Source: an uncultured Gammaproteobacteria bacterium
Lineage (GTDB): Bacteria; Patescibacteriota; Microgenomatia; CAYXHB01
NCBI GenBank assembly: GCA_964444295.1
Contig: CAYUGO010000002.1
Coordinates: forward strand, 1 to 40,446
Length of the DNA: 40,446 nt
Reading direction: 5' to 3'
Of this stretch, positions 26,258-36,350 are shown in pieces; positions within the stretch are counted from its first letter, which is position 1; each line of letters begins with the position of its first letter. A model generated the notes under the pieces. The model saw nothing but the letters and a program-made list of their open reading frames with translations, was not told the origin of the DNA and did no database searches. The position numbers and the translations under genes are program-made.

Positions 26258-28846
26258 CTATAGGGAATTGCCAAAATTAGCCGAGAGGATAGAGTAATCA
26301 AGGACATTAATAACACCATCTTGTTTTAAATCAGCCTTAGTATCATTAGTACCAAATTTAGAAGATAGGTAGGTAAAATCTAGTGCATTAACCACATTGT
26401 CACAGAGGTTAGTATCCCCAATTAATGGACAAGGGCGATTAAGAGGTGTGGAAGTTGGCGTTGGAGAATTGGTGGGTGTTGGAGGAAGAGGAGTCGGGGT
26501 GGCGGATGGAAGATTAGAAGCAATTATTTTTACTGCTAAGTCGTCGCTTAGATTGGAGATGGGCAGAGTAATATTTCCTGTAGAGTTGGTAGTAAGGTTT
26601 TGGGTTTGGGTAATAGTTCCATTATAAGTATTCCACCATTGAACTATATAGTTTGAACTAGGAGTTAGTTTGGTAGTAATGGTTGATGATTGAGGGGTAC
26701 TGGTTTTGTTCCAGGTGTGGTCTGCATTTTGGATCCAAATATATGCTTTAGTGCCATCGGATTTTTTTTGTCCGTAAGTTCGGATTTTGGTGTTCGTAGA
26801 GGTCGTTTGGGCGTCATTGAATCCTCCGCGATTGAGATCTAAGTCATTTATGTAATTATAGAAAGGTTTGGTAATACTAGCTTTGCCGTTGGTGATTTTT
26901 TGGATGTGTTCGGTATCAAACCAGTAACCTGTGGCGAAGGCGGCTCCTCGGGTGAGCTGTGACCAGAGCATGTTGTGATACCATGTGCCTGAATTGGCGG
27001 AAGTTATTTTGGGATCGTTGAGCGGGTTCCACCATTCAGCAGTTGAGCTTAATCCATTTTCTGCCCAGATTAAAGGTTTGTTAGCATTTTTGGCGTAAGC
27101 GACTTCACCGACTTGTTTGACCCACTCGGCCATATCATAGGTATATGAGGAAGATGTGGTGTTGGGATTGCCGGAGTATTCATGGAGATCTAAGTAATCG
27201 ATGTCAGGATATTTGTTTTGAGAATTACTATAAAATGGAAAGCCGTCGTAGAGGGAGCAACACCAAAATGAAGTTGTTGAAAGAACGGGATGGGCGCTAA
27301 GATTTTTGGTATAATGGGCAAGATTTTCTTGAACATTTTGCCAGTGTGATATGTCGTTAGGGTTTGCCTCGTTGACCGCTTCCCATGAATGAACTGCGGT
27401 TGAGTATCCCCAGCGAGCAATAAGATAACGATACCACTGTCTTTTGAGCCAGCTGGATTTGGTATTGTAAGGTTGGTCGTAACCAGTACCTTGGAGCCAG
27501 CTGGCCCAGGTGCCGTTTTCGTTAAGACTACGGAAGATGGGATCGTTTTTGTCATGAACATTATATTTAAGATAAATTCCATTAGCTTCTGCTTGTTGGA
27601 CTTGCCAATCGAAAAAAGCAGCTGGCCGTTGTTCGACGTAGGTGTGCATATCGGCAGTCGGATTCCTGATAATTTCTGCGCCATTTTCTTTGATTGATAG
27701 TTCGTAGATATCGGCCTTGCCTCCTGTCACATTGTCAAGATAAACCCAGATGTCGCTGCCTGTTCCGGATGGAGTTGTAAATGAGGCTTGGAATGTTTGC
27801 CATCCGTTGGTACCTTGAGTTTGAGTAATATGGGAGAAAGGTTTAGGAGAATTTCTTAGGGTATTTTCTACAGTTTCATCAGTGGGATTGCCCCAGATAG
27901 GATTGCCAAATTTGATAACTAATCCATAAGGGTAGGAAGAATTTCGTGGACCTGTGATGTTGGTAGTTTTGGCGGATAACTTGATTTGATAATTAGTATT
28001 GGGTTTTATGGGAGTAAAAAATGATTCATCCATCCAACTGGTTAGCCAGTAGCGACTGGCGTTAGGATATTCTAAGTTGTAAGCAAGCCCATCGCTATTG
28101 GGATAGCGGTCTTGGAGAGAGTTCGTGAACGAGACTCTGGTTGAAATGCCTTCATTCCCGTGTTGCTCAGCTGAGGATTTCCAGCGGGCCCAGTTGGCAG
28201 AATATGCTCCTGAACCTCCCATCCAAGGTCGGACAAAGTTGAGTCCGGTGTCTTTGTATTTGGAAAAATCTTCGTCACTATAGATAGGTCCAATGGGCCA
28301 GAAGAGTTTACCGTTGGAGAATTCAAAATAGCGATTATCAGTCGGACTGACTTTGATAAATCCATCTTTGGTAGGGGTTGTGGCGGTAAAAGATCCGGCG
28401 TTGAAGGTGGTGATGCCTGAGGCGTCGGTGGCACGGATTTGAACATTAAAAGTACCTTGTTCTTGTGGACTGAATCTAATTACCCAGTATTTTTTGTTGG
28501 TTTCGGTAAATTTTAGACTACTGCCAGAACCTGATTTGGTAGTTTCGGTCATGTAGAATCCAGGGTGGGTCCAAGTTTTGCCGTTTGCAGTAAAAATTCC
28601 TTCAACTGTTATTCCAGTTTTGGGAGTAATTCCGGAAGGCGGAGTGGAATCATATTGAAAAAAATAATTACTGGCAGTAGTGGTTAAATCAAATTTGGCT
28701 TCGTATTTTTCGTAGACTTTGACGGAGGAAGTTGTGGAGGAAAAATTTGATATAACTGGCCCATTAGATTGGGCTAGAGTTGGTAGAGGAAAGAGAGCTA
28801 AGAGTAAAAGAATTGAGATAAAGAGGACAATTTTAATTTGGTTCAT
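26258..28846 (-). CDS. secreted clan GH-A (GH5-like) glycoside hydrolase with N-terminal Ig-like (DUF5060-like) module and C-terminal dockerin, copy 1
   Basis: 862 aa. WEAVNEANP is the NE acid/base motif, DLHEY is the H-x-Y motif, and PLIWAENG is the nucleophile Glu ~105 aa later. Then come the PT linker PTPLPPTPTNSPTPTSTP and the dockerin CPLIGDTNLCDNVVNALDFTYLSSKFGTNDTKADLKQDGVINVLDYSILSANFGNSL. The stop codon is TAG. Confidence 0.8.
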   Translation of the reverse strand: MNQIKIVLFISILLLLALFPLPTLAQSNGPVISNFSSTTSSVKVYEKYEAKFDLTTTASNYFFQYDSTPPSGITPKTGITVEGIFTANGKTWTHPGFYMTETTKSGSGSSLKFTETNKKYWVIRFSPQEQGTFNVQIRATDASGITTFNAGSFTATTPTKDGFIKVSPTDNRYFEFSNGKLFWPIGPIYSDEDFSKYKDTGLNFVRPWMGGSGAYSANWARWKSSAEQHGNEGISTRVSFTNSLQDRYPNSDGLAYNLEYPNASRYWLTSWMDESFFTPIKPNTNYQIKLSAKTTNITGPRNSSYPYGLVIKFGNPIWGNPTDETVENTLRNSPKPFSHITQTQGTNGWQTFQASFTTPSGTGSDIWVYLDNVTGGKADIYELSIKENGAEIIRNPTADMHTYVEQRPAAFFDWQVQQAEANGIYLKYNVHDKNDPIFRSLNENGTWASWLQGTGYDQPYNTKSSWLKRQWYRYLIARWGYSTAVHSWEAVNEANPNDISHWQNVQENLAHYTKNLSAHPVLSTTSFWCCSLYDGFPFYSNSQNKYPDIDYLDLHEYSGNPNTTSSSYTYDMAEWVKQVGEVAYAKNANKPLIWAENGLSSTAEWWNPLNDPKITSANSGTWYHNMLWSQLTRGAAFATGYWFDTEHIQKITNGKASITKPFYNYINDLDLNRGGFNDAQTTSTNTKIRTYGQKKSDGTKAYIWIQNADHTWNKTSTPQSSTITTKLTPSSNYIVQWWNTYNGTITQTQNLTTNSTGNITLPISNLSDDLAVKIIASNLPSATPTPLPPTPTNSPTPTSTPLNRPCPLIGDTNLCDNVVNALDFTYLSSKFGTNDTKADLKQDGVINVLDYSILSANFGNSL

Positions 28847-31418
28847 GGATATTAATTAATTACTTTGATTTGAGAGGGATCGCTGATAATAATTTCTGGA
28901 TCCTTGCCTTCAGGCCAGTATGGAGTGACATAACCTGAGATGATAACTTTTTTATTTAGAAAGGTCATGGGGTCATAATTGAATTTGGATAAGTCTTTTT
29001 CAAAAATTCTAATTAATAAGGCTCCGTCGTGTGGATTTGTGAATCCTAGATATATTGCTTTGGGTCGATGATTGACGGCTGACTTGATGGTTCCTTGGAC
29101 TGTGACGTTTTGACCGATATATTTGGGGGCGTCCGTGTAGGAAATGGTTGGGAATTGAGAAGAATCAGCAGTTCCAAGAACTTGAGTATTTGGATTAGTT
29201 TGGGCTAAGGTTTGGTCAGACGTGTCTGAGGCAAGAGGATTGCCGTTGGTTAGAGCCATGATGGCCCCGTCGTTGGTTTTGACTAGAACTAGACCATCAC
29301 TGACGACGGTATAGGGATCAGTTCCAGAGTTATTGTCATTGTGATATTCGTAGAAGCCTGGTGGATAGCTGCGTTGGTCTCCGTAAGAATAAAGACCTGC
29401 TTGGCAGTAACGAGTATTTGCGTTGAATGGGCAGTTGGATGGACCATAAGATGTGCCTGTACCGCCTGGGAAAATTTGGGGATTACATTGGGAATTGGTG
29501 GGTGGACAGTAAACTTGTCTCCAGATGACAAATGGAGCGTCAGAAGTTTTGATGGGATTGGTAAATGATGCACCTAAGTTGGACGCGCGGTCGGTAATTT
29601 TTTTGGCTGAGTTAATGAGCCAATGACTATGGAAGATGGTGTCGCCTGACATAGCGATGTTCATCATTTCGTCGGTTTGAATGTCTGTGTAGCTGATAAA
29701 CCTCATGTCACCTGTTGAATAGCCCGAGACTGTATTGTTATCGAGAACCATTTCGCCCATGGTGGCATCTTCACGTCCATCGCACCAGCCCGTGCCACAA
29801 GCAAGTCCGTTGCGCCAGATTATGTAGGCTACTTCTTTGTCGTTAATAGTTTTGATGATCGGTTGAGGACCCATTGGTAAGGTACCTCCGTCACCAGCAC
29901 CGCCGTTGCCTACAGCAGGAACAAATGCTTGATTTCCTGTATCAAGGTTAAGTGGGAATAGTGCTTGAGCGCTTGGGGTTGATGCTAGAGCTGATTTGAT
30001 TTGGCTATTAGTTGTGGGATATGGATTCCATGTCCAGAGAGAATCCCAGTCAAGCCGATAACGGATAAATACTAAACCGTGTTGTTCAGCGATGACTGGC
30101 CATCCTTCTTCGGCTTGAGCTCCAGTTGAATTAAGTGTCCCTGACTGGTAATTACGGAGGGTTGGTTTTACTCGCCATTTGCGGGAGCCATCGGTGTTAT
30201 TAATTGCATGAACATATAAATCTTGGGTTAGATAAATAAGGGCATTGCGAGATGGAGAGTATGAAACAGGAGTTGAACTTGGTGAATTACCTTGGTATTC
30301 CCAGACTTTGGTCATGAGATTTTTATCGACTTTGGTAAGGGTTCCAGATTGAGAAACGATGTAAATAGAGTTATCAACTAGCAAGGGTGTTAGATTGAGA
30401 CTGGATGGAGCGGTGTAGGTTCTGGAGATTGAACCATTGGATGCATTAAGTTTGTATAGATTGTTGTTATTTGAAGCAATATAAACGAATTCGTTATTGT
30501 AGATTGGGGTTGAGGTTAGATTTCCGAGTGAGTTGTTGGACCATAATACTTGGCCGTTGGCTTTGTTTAGAGCAAAGATAGTATTGTTGGCAACAGTATA
30601 GACTCGAGATCCGCCTGTAATTGGTTGGACTAGGGGAGGGGCGCTAAGATGATTAGCTTGTTTTTTCCCGTCAGATCCGGCGCCATTCCATTGCCAAAGA
30701 TATTTCCAGGGGGTGGCTACTGTCTGGGGTGTATAACTTGTTCGTTGGGCGTTGTGTGCGAATTGAGTCCATTCGGTTGAACTAGTGGGACCTTGAGTTG
30801 GAGTAGGAGCGGGAGGAGTAGGTGAGTTAGTGGGAGCTGGGGTAGAAGTTGAGGGAGGTGAGGTTGGTCCGACTTTGCCAAAATTATTTGACAGAATAGT
30901 AAAGTCAAAAACATTGACATTATTATCTGAATTAAAATCTGCGCCTATATTATTGGAGCCGAAATTGGAAGAAAGATATGTAAAATCTAAGACATTAACT
31001 GTGTTGTTGCATGGTGGAGTGTCTCCTGGGAATGAACATCTAGTGCTGGTTTGGGCTTGGATTGTGAATTTGGATGTAGATAGGCGAGGAAAATCAAAAA
31101 TTAAATTGATTGAAATTAGTAGTAAAGATAATAGGATTAAGAGTTTCGTGTGATTCACTGATTTTATTATATATATTAGTTGACATTAATTACAAAGTTT
31201 TACCAAAGTTAGCAGAGAGGATGGAGTAATCCAGGACATTAATAACACCATCTTGTTTTAAATCAGCCTTGGGATCATTAGTACCGAATTTGGAAGAGAG
31301 ATAAGTAAAGTCTAGTGCATTAACTACATTATCACAGAGGTTAGTATCTCCGATTAGAGGACAAGGACGAGACAGAGGAGTGGAAGTTGGGGTTGGTTGA
31401 TTAGTGGGTGTTGGGGGA
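26487..31418. repeat. tandem direct repeat, unit 1 (4932 bp)
   Basis: The offset is exactly 4932 nt to unit 2. Spot checks at 26501/31433, 26521/31453, 28861/33793 and 31141/36073 are identical. All six-frame sub-ORFs in the track are also duplicated with identical translations. Confidence 0.9.
28852..31158 (-). CDS. secreted PQQ-like beta-propeller protein with N-terminal dockerin and C-terminal OB-like module, copy 1
   Basis: 768 aa with a GTG start. The dockerin is CSFPGDTPPCNNTVNVLDFTYLSSNFGSNNIGADFNSDNNVNVFDFTILSNNFGK (nt ~30877-31038), followed by a PT linker. Propeller blades repeat: VYTVANNTIFALNKANGQVLWS, VYIASNNNNLYKLNASNGS, IYIVSQSGTLTKVDKNLMTKVWE, LIYLTQDLYVHAINNTDGSRKWR. Confidence 0.78.
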   Translation of the reverse strand: MNHTKLLILLSLLLISINLIFDFPRLSTSKFTIQAQTSTRCSFPGDTPPCNNTVNVLDFTYLSSNFGSNNIGADFNSDNNVNVFDFTILSNNFGKVGPTSPPSTSTPAPTNSPTPPAPTPTQGPTSSTEWTQFAHNAQRTSYTPQTVATPWKYLWQWNGAGSDGKKQANHLSAPPLVQPITGGSRVYTVANNTIFALNKANGQVLWSNNSLGNLTSTPIYNNEFVYIASNNNNLYKLNASNGSISRTYTAPSSLNLTPLLVDNSIYIVSQSGTLTKVDKNLMTKVWEYQGNSPSSTPVSYSPSRNALIYLTQDLYVHAINNTDGSRKWRVKPTLRNYQSGTLNSTGAQAEEGWPVIAEQHGLVFIRYRLDWDSLWTWNPYPTTNSQIKSALASTPSAQALFPLNLDTGNQAFVPAVGNGGAGDGGTLPMGPQPIIKTINDKEVAYIIWRNGLACGTGWCDGREDATMGEMVLDNNTVSGYSTGDMRFISYTDIQTDEMMNIAMSGDTIFHSHWLINSAKKITDRASNLGASFTNPIKTSDAPFVIWRQVYCPPTNSQCNPQIFPGGTGTSYGPSNCPFNANTRYCQAGLYSYGDQRSYPPGFYEYHNDNNSGTDPYTVVSDGLVLVKTNDGAIMALTNGNPLASDTSDQTLAQTNPNTQVLGTADSSQFPTISYTDAPKYIGQNVTVQGTIKSAVNHRPKAIYLGFTNPHDGALLIRIFEKDLSKFNYDPMTFLNKKVIISGYVTPYWPEGKDPEIIISDPSQIKVIN

Positions 31419-33778
31419 AGAGGAGTCGGGGTGGCGGATGGAAGATTAGAAGCAATTATTTTTACTGCTAAGTCGTCGCTTAGATTGGAGATGGGCAGAG
31501 TAATATTTCCTGTAGAGTTGGTAGTAAGGTTTTGGGTTTGGGTAATAGTTCCATTATAAGTATTCCACCATTGAACTATATAGTTTGAACTAGGAGTTAG
31601 TTTGGTAGTAATGGTTGATGATTGAGGGGTACTGGTTTTGTTCCAGGTGTGGTCTGCATTTTGGATCCAAATATATGCTTTAGTGCCATCGGATTTTTTT
31701 TGTCCGTAAGTTCGGATTTTGGTGTTCGTAGAGGTCGTTTGGGCGTCATTGAATCCTCCGCGATTGAGATCTAAGTCATTTATGTAATTATAGAAAGGTT
31801 TGGTAATACTAGCTTTGCCGTTGGTGATTTTTTGGATGTGTTCGGTATCAAACCAGTAACCTGTGGCGAAGGCGGCTCCTCGGGTGAGCTGTGACCAGAG
31901 CATGTTGTGATACCATGTGCCTGAATTGGCGGAAGTTATTTTGGGATCGTTGAGCGGGTTCCACCATTCAGCAGTTGAGCTTAATCCATTTTCTGCCCAG
32001 ATTAAAGGTTTGTTAGCATTTTTGGCGTAAGCGACTTCACCGACTTGTTTGACCCACTCGGCCATATCATAGGTATATGAGGAAGATGTGGTGTTGGGAT
32101 TGCCGGAGTATTCATGGAGATCTAAGTAATCGATGTCAGGATATTTGTTTTGAGAATTACTATAAAATGGAAAGCCGTCGTAGAGGGAGCAACACCAAAA
32201 TGAAGTTGTTGAAAGAACGGGATGGGCGCTAAGATTTTTGGTATAATGGGCAAGATTTTCTTGAACATTTTGCCAGTGTGATATGTCGTTAGGGTTTGCC
32301 TCGTTGACCGCTTCCCATGAATGAACTGCGGTTGAGTATCCCCAGCGAGCAATAAGATAACGATACCACTGTCTTTTGAGCCAGCTGGATTTGGTATTGT
32401 AAGGTTGGTCGTAACCAGTACCTTGGAGCCAGCTGGCCCAGGTGCCGTTTTCGTTAAGACTACGGAAGATGGGATCGTTTTTGTCATGAACATTATATTT
32501 AAGATAAATTCCATTAGCTTCTGCTTGTTGGACTTGCCAATCGAAAAAAGCAGCTGGCCGTTGTTCGACGTAGGTGTGCATATCGGCAGTCGGATTCCTG
32601 ATAATTTCTGCGCCATTTTCTTTGATTGATAGTTCGTAGATATCGGCCTTGCCTCCTGTCACATTGTCAAGATAAACCCAGATGTCGCTGCCTGTTCCGG
32701 ATGGAGTTGTAAATGAGGCTTGGAATGTTTGCCATCCGTTGGTACCTTGAGTTTGAGTAATATGGGAGAAAGGTTTAGGAGAATTTCTTAGGGTATTTTC
32801 TACAGTTTCATCAGTGGGATTGCCCCAGATAGGATTGCCAAATTTGATAACTAATCCATAAGGGTAGGAAGAATTTCGTGGACCTGTGATGTTGGTAGTT
32901 TTGGCGGATAACTTGATTTGATAATTAGTATTGGGTTTTATGGGAGTAAAAAATGATTCATCCATCCAACTGGTTAGCCAGTAGCGACTGGCGTTAGGAT
33001 ATTCTAAGTTGTAAGCAAGCCCATCGCTATTGGGATAGCGGTCTTGGAGAGAGTTCGTGAACGAGACTCTGGTTGAAATGCCTTCATTCCCGTGTTGCTC
33101 AGCTGAGGATTTCCAGCGGGCCCAGTTGGCAGAATATGCTCCTGAACCTCCCATCCAAGGTCGGACAAAGTTGAGTCCGGTGTCTTTGTATTTGGAAAAA
33201 TCTTCGTCACTATAGATAGGTCCAATGGGCCAGAAGAGTTTACCGTTGGAGAATTCAAAATAGCGATTATCAGTCGGACTGACTTTGATAAATCCATCTT
33301 TGGTAGGGGTTGTGGCGGTAAAAGATCCGGCGTTGAAGGTGGTGATGCCTGAGGCGTCGGTGGCACGGATTTGAACATTAAAAGTACCTTGTTCTTGTGG
33401 ACTGAATCTAATTACCCAGTATTTTTTGTTGGTTTCGGTAAATTTTAGACTACTGCCAGAACCTGATTTGGTAGTTTCGGTCATGTAGAATCCAGGGTGG
33501 GTCCAAGTTTTGCCGTTTGCAGTAAAAATTCCTTCAACTGTTATTCCAGTTTTGGGAGTAATTCCGGAAGGCGGAGTGGAATCATATTGAAAAAAATAAT
33601 TACTGGCAGTAGTGGTTAAATCAAATTTGGCTTCGTATTTTTCGTAGACTTTGACGGAGGAAGTTGTGGAGGAAAAATTTGATATAACTGGCCCATTAGA
33701 TTGGGCTAGAGTTGGTAGAGGAAAGAGAGCTAAGAGTAAAAGAATTGAGATAAAGAGGACAATTTTAATTTGGTTCAT
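31190..33778 (-). CDS. clan GH-A glycoside hydrolase with C-terminal dockerin, copy 2 (chimeric 3' end)
   Basis: The protein is identical to copy 1 except for the last ~70 aa. There the linker/dockerin (TNQPTP, LSRPCP, NDPKADL, GKTL) matches the SGNH gene's dockerin instead. Confidence 0.8.
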   Translation of the reverse strand: MNQIKIVLFISILLLLALFPLPTLAQSNGPVISNFSSTTSSVKVYEKYEAKFDLTTTASNYFFQYDSTPPSGITPKTGITVEGIFTANGKTWTHPGFYMTETTKSGSGSSLKFTETNKKYWVIRFSPQEQGTFNVQIRATDASGITTFNAGSFTATTPTKDGFIKVSPTDNRYFEFSNGKLFWPIGPIYSDEDFSKYKDTGLNFVRPWMGGSGAYSANWARWKSSAEQHGNEGISTRVSFTNSLQDRYPNSDGLAYNLEYPNASRYWLTSWMDESFFTPIKPNTNYQIKLSAKTTNITGPRNSSYPYGLVIKFGNPIWGNPTDETVENTLRNSPKPFSHITQTQGTNGWQTFQASFTTPSGTGSDIWVYLDNVTGGKADIYELSIKENGAEIIRNPTADMHTYVEQRPAAFFDWQVQQAEANGIYLKYNVHDKNDPIFRSLNENGTWASWLQGTGYDQPYNTKSSWLKRQWYRYLIARWGYSTAVHSWEAVNEANPNDISHWQNVQENLAHYTKNLSAHPVLSTTSFWCCSLYDGFPFYSNSQNKYPDIDYLDLHEYSGNPNTTSSSYTYDMAEWVKQVGEVAYAKNANKPLIWAENGLSSTAEWWNPLNDPKITSANSGTWYHNMLWSQLTRGAAFATGYWFDTEHIQKITNGKASITKPFYNYINDLDLNRGGFNDAQTTSTNTKIRTYGQKKSDGTKAYIWIQNADHTWNKTSTPQSSTITTKLTPSSNYIVQWWNTYNGTITQTQNLTTNSTGNITLPISNLSDDLAVKIIASNLPSATPTPLPPTPTNQPTPTSTPLSRPCPLIGDTNLCDNVVNALDFTYLSSKFGTNDPKADLKQDGVINVLDYSILSANFGKTL

Positions 33779-36350
33779 GGATATTAATTAATTACTTTGA
33801 TTTGAGAGGGATCGCTGATAATAATTTCTGGATCCTTGCCTTCAGGCCAGTATGGAGTGACATAACCTGAGATGATAACTTTTTTATTTAGAAAGGTCAT
33901 GGGGTCATAATTGAATTTGGATAAGTCTTTTTCAAAAATTCTAATTAATAAGGCTCCGTCGTGTGGATTTGTGAATCCTAGATATATTGCTTTGGGTCGA
34001 TGATTGACGGCTGACTTGATGGTTCCTTGGACTGTGACGTTTTGACCGATATATTTGGGGGCGTCCGTGTAGGAAATGGTTGGGAATTGAGAAGAATCAG
34101 CAGTTCCAAGAACTTGAGTATTTGGATTAGTTTGGGCTAAGGTTTGGTCAGACGTGTCTGAGGCAAGAGGATTGCCGTTGGTTAGAGCCATGATGGCCCC
34201 GTCGTTGGTTTTGACTAGAACTAGACCATCACTGACGACGGTATAGGGATCAGTTCCAGAGTTATTGTCATTGTGATATTCGTAGAAGCCTGGTGGATAG
34301 CTGCGTTGGTCTCCGTAAGAATAAAGACCTGCTTGGCAGTAACGAGTATTTGCGTTGAATGGGCAGTTGGATGGACCATAAGATGTGCCTGTACCGCCTG
34401 GGAAAATTTGGGGATTACATTGGGAATTGGTGGGTGGACAGTAAACTTGTCTCCAGATGACAAATGGAGCGTCAGAAGTTTTGATGGGATTGGTAAATGA
34501 TGCACCTAAGTTGGACGCGCGGTCGGTAATTTTTTTGGCTGAGTTAATGAGCCAATGACTATGGAAGATGGTGTCGCCTGACATAGCGATGTTCATCATT
34601 TCGTCGGTTTGAATGTCTGTGTAGCTGATAAACCTCATGTCACCTGTTGAATAGCCCGAGACTGTATTGTTATCGAGAACCATTTCGCCCATGGTGGCAT
34701 CTTCACGTCCATCGCACCAGCCCGTGCCACAAGCAAGTCCGTTGCGCCAGATTATGTAGGCTACTTCTTTGTCGTTAATAGTTTTGATGATCGGTTGAGG
34801 ACCCATTGGTAAGGTACCTCCGTCACCAGCACCGCCGTTGCCTACAGCAGGAACAAATGCTTGATTTCCTGTATCAAGGTTAAGTGGGAATAGTGCTTGA
34901 GCGCTTGGGGTTGATGCTAGAGCTGATTTGATTTGGCTATTAGTTGTGGGATATGGATTCCATGTCCAGAGAGAATCCCAGTCAAGCCGATAACGGATAA
35001 ATACTAAACCGTGTTGTTCAGCGATGACTGGCCATCCTTCTTCGGCTTGAGCTCCAGTTGAATTAAGTGTCCCTGACTGGTAATTACGGAGGGTTGGTTT
35101 TACTCGCCATTTGCGGGAGCCATCGGTGTTATTAATTGCATGAACATATAAATCTTGGGTTAGATAAATAAGGGCATTGCGAGATGGAGAGTATGAAACA
35201 GGAGTTGAACTTGGTGAATTACCTTGGTATTCCCAGACTTTGGTCATGAGATTTTTATCGACTTTGGTAAGGGTTCCAGATTGAGAAACGATGTAAATAG
35301 AGTTATCAACTAGCAAGGGTGTTAGATTGAGACTGGATGGAGCGGTGTAGGTTCTGGAGATTGAACCATTGGATGCATTAAGTTTGTATAGATTGTTGTT
35401 ATTTGAAGCAATATAAACGAATTCGTTATTGTAGATTGGGGTTGAGGTTAGATTTCCGAGTGAGTTGTTGGACCATAATACTTGGCCGTTGGCTTTGTTT
35501 AGAGCAAAGATAGTATTGTTGGCAACAGTATAGACTCGAGATCCGCCTGTAATTGGTTGGACTAGGGGAGGGGCGCTAAGATGATTAGCTTGTTTTTTCC
35601 CGTCAGATCCGGCGCCATTCCATTGCCAAAGATATTTCCAGGGGGTGGCTACTGTCTGGGGTGTATAACTTGTTCGTTGGGCGTTGTGTGCGAATTGAGT
35701 CCATTCGGTTGAACTAGTGGGACCTTGAGTTGGAGTAGGAGCGGGAGGAGTAGGTGAGTTAGTGGGAGCTGGGGTAGAAGTTGAGGGAGGTGAGGTTGGT
35801 CCGACTTTGCCAAAATTATTTGACAGAATAGTAAAGTCAAAAACATTGACATTATTATCTGAATTAAAATCTGCGCCTATATTATTGGAGCCGAAATTGG
35901 AAGAAAGATATGTAAAATCTAAGACATTAACTGTGTTGTTGCATGGTGGAGTGTCTCCTGGGAATGAACATCTAGTGCTGGTTTGGGCTTGGATTGTGAA
36001 TTTGGATGTAGATAGGCGAGGAAAATCAAAAATTAAATTGATTGAAATTAGTAGTAAAGATAATAGGATTAAGAGTTTCGTGTGATTCACTGATTTTATT
36101 ATATATATTAGTTGACATTAATTACAAAGTTTTACCAAAGTTAGCAGAGAGGATGGAGTAATCCAGGACATTAATAACACCATCTTGTTTTAAATCAGCC
36201 TTGGGATCATTAGTACCGAATTTGGAAGAGAGATAAGTAAAGTCTAGTGCATTAACTACATTATCACAGAGGTTAGTATCTCCGATTAGAGGACAAGGAC
36301 GAGACAGAGGAGTGGAAGTTGGGGTTGGTGAATTAGTGGGTGTTGGGGGA
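31419..36350. repeat. tandem direct repeat, unit 2 (4932 bp)
   Basis: As for unit 1. The only difference I found between the copies' flanking homologies is a dinucleotide at 31398-31399 (tg) versus 36330-36331 (ga). Confidence 0.9.
33784..36090 (-). CDS. PQQ-like beta-propeller protein with N-terminal dockerin, copy 2
   Basis: The 768-aa translation is identical to 28852-31158. Confidence 0.78.
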   Translation of the reverse strand: MNHTKLLILLSLLLISINLIFDFPRLSTSKFTIQAQTSTRCSFPGDTPPCNNTVNVLDFTYLSSNFGSNNIGADFNSDNNVNVFDFTILSNNFGKVGPTSPPSTSTPAPTNSPTPPAPTPTQGPTSSTEWTQFAHNAQRTSYTPQTVATPWKYLWQWNGAGSDGKKQANHLSAPPLVQPITGGSRVYTVANNTIFALNKANGQVLWSNNSLGNLTSTPIYNNEFVYIASNNNNLYKLNASNGSISRTYTAPSSLNLTPLLVDNSIYIVSQSGTLTKVDKNLMTKVWEYQGNSPSSTPVSYSPSRNALIYLTQDLYVHAINNTDGSRKWRVKPTLRNYQSGTLNSTGAQAEEGWPVIAEQHGLVFIRYRLDWDSLWTWNPYPTTNSQIKSALASTPSAQALFPLNLDTGNQAFVPAVGNGGAGDGGTLPMGPQPIIKTINDKEVAYIIWRNGLACGTGWCDGREDATMGEMVLDNNTVSGYSTGDMRFISYTDIQTDEMMNIAMSGDTIFHSHWLINSAKKITDRASNLGASFTNPIKTSDAPFVIWRQVYCPPTNSQCNPQIFPGGTGTSYGPSNCPFNANTRYCQAGLYSYGDQRSYPPGFYEYHNDNNSGTDPYTVVSDGLVLVKTNDGAIMALTNGNPLASDTSDQTLAQTNPNTQVLGTADSSQFPTISYTDAPKYIGQNVTVQGTIKSAVNHRPKAIYLGFTNPHDGALLIRIFEKDLSKFNYDPMTFLNKKVIISGYVTPYWPEGKDPEIIISDPSQIKVIN

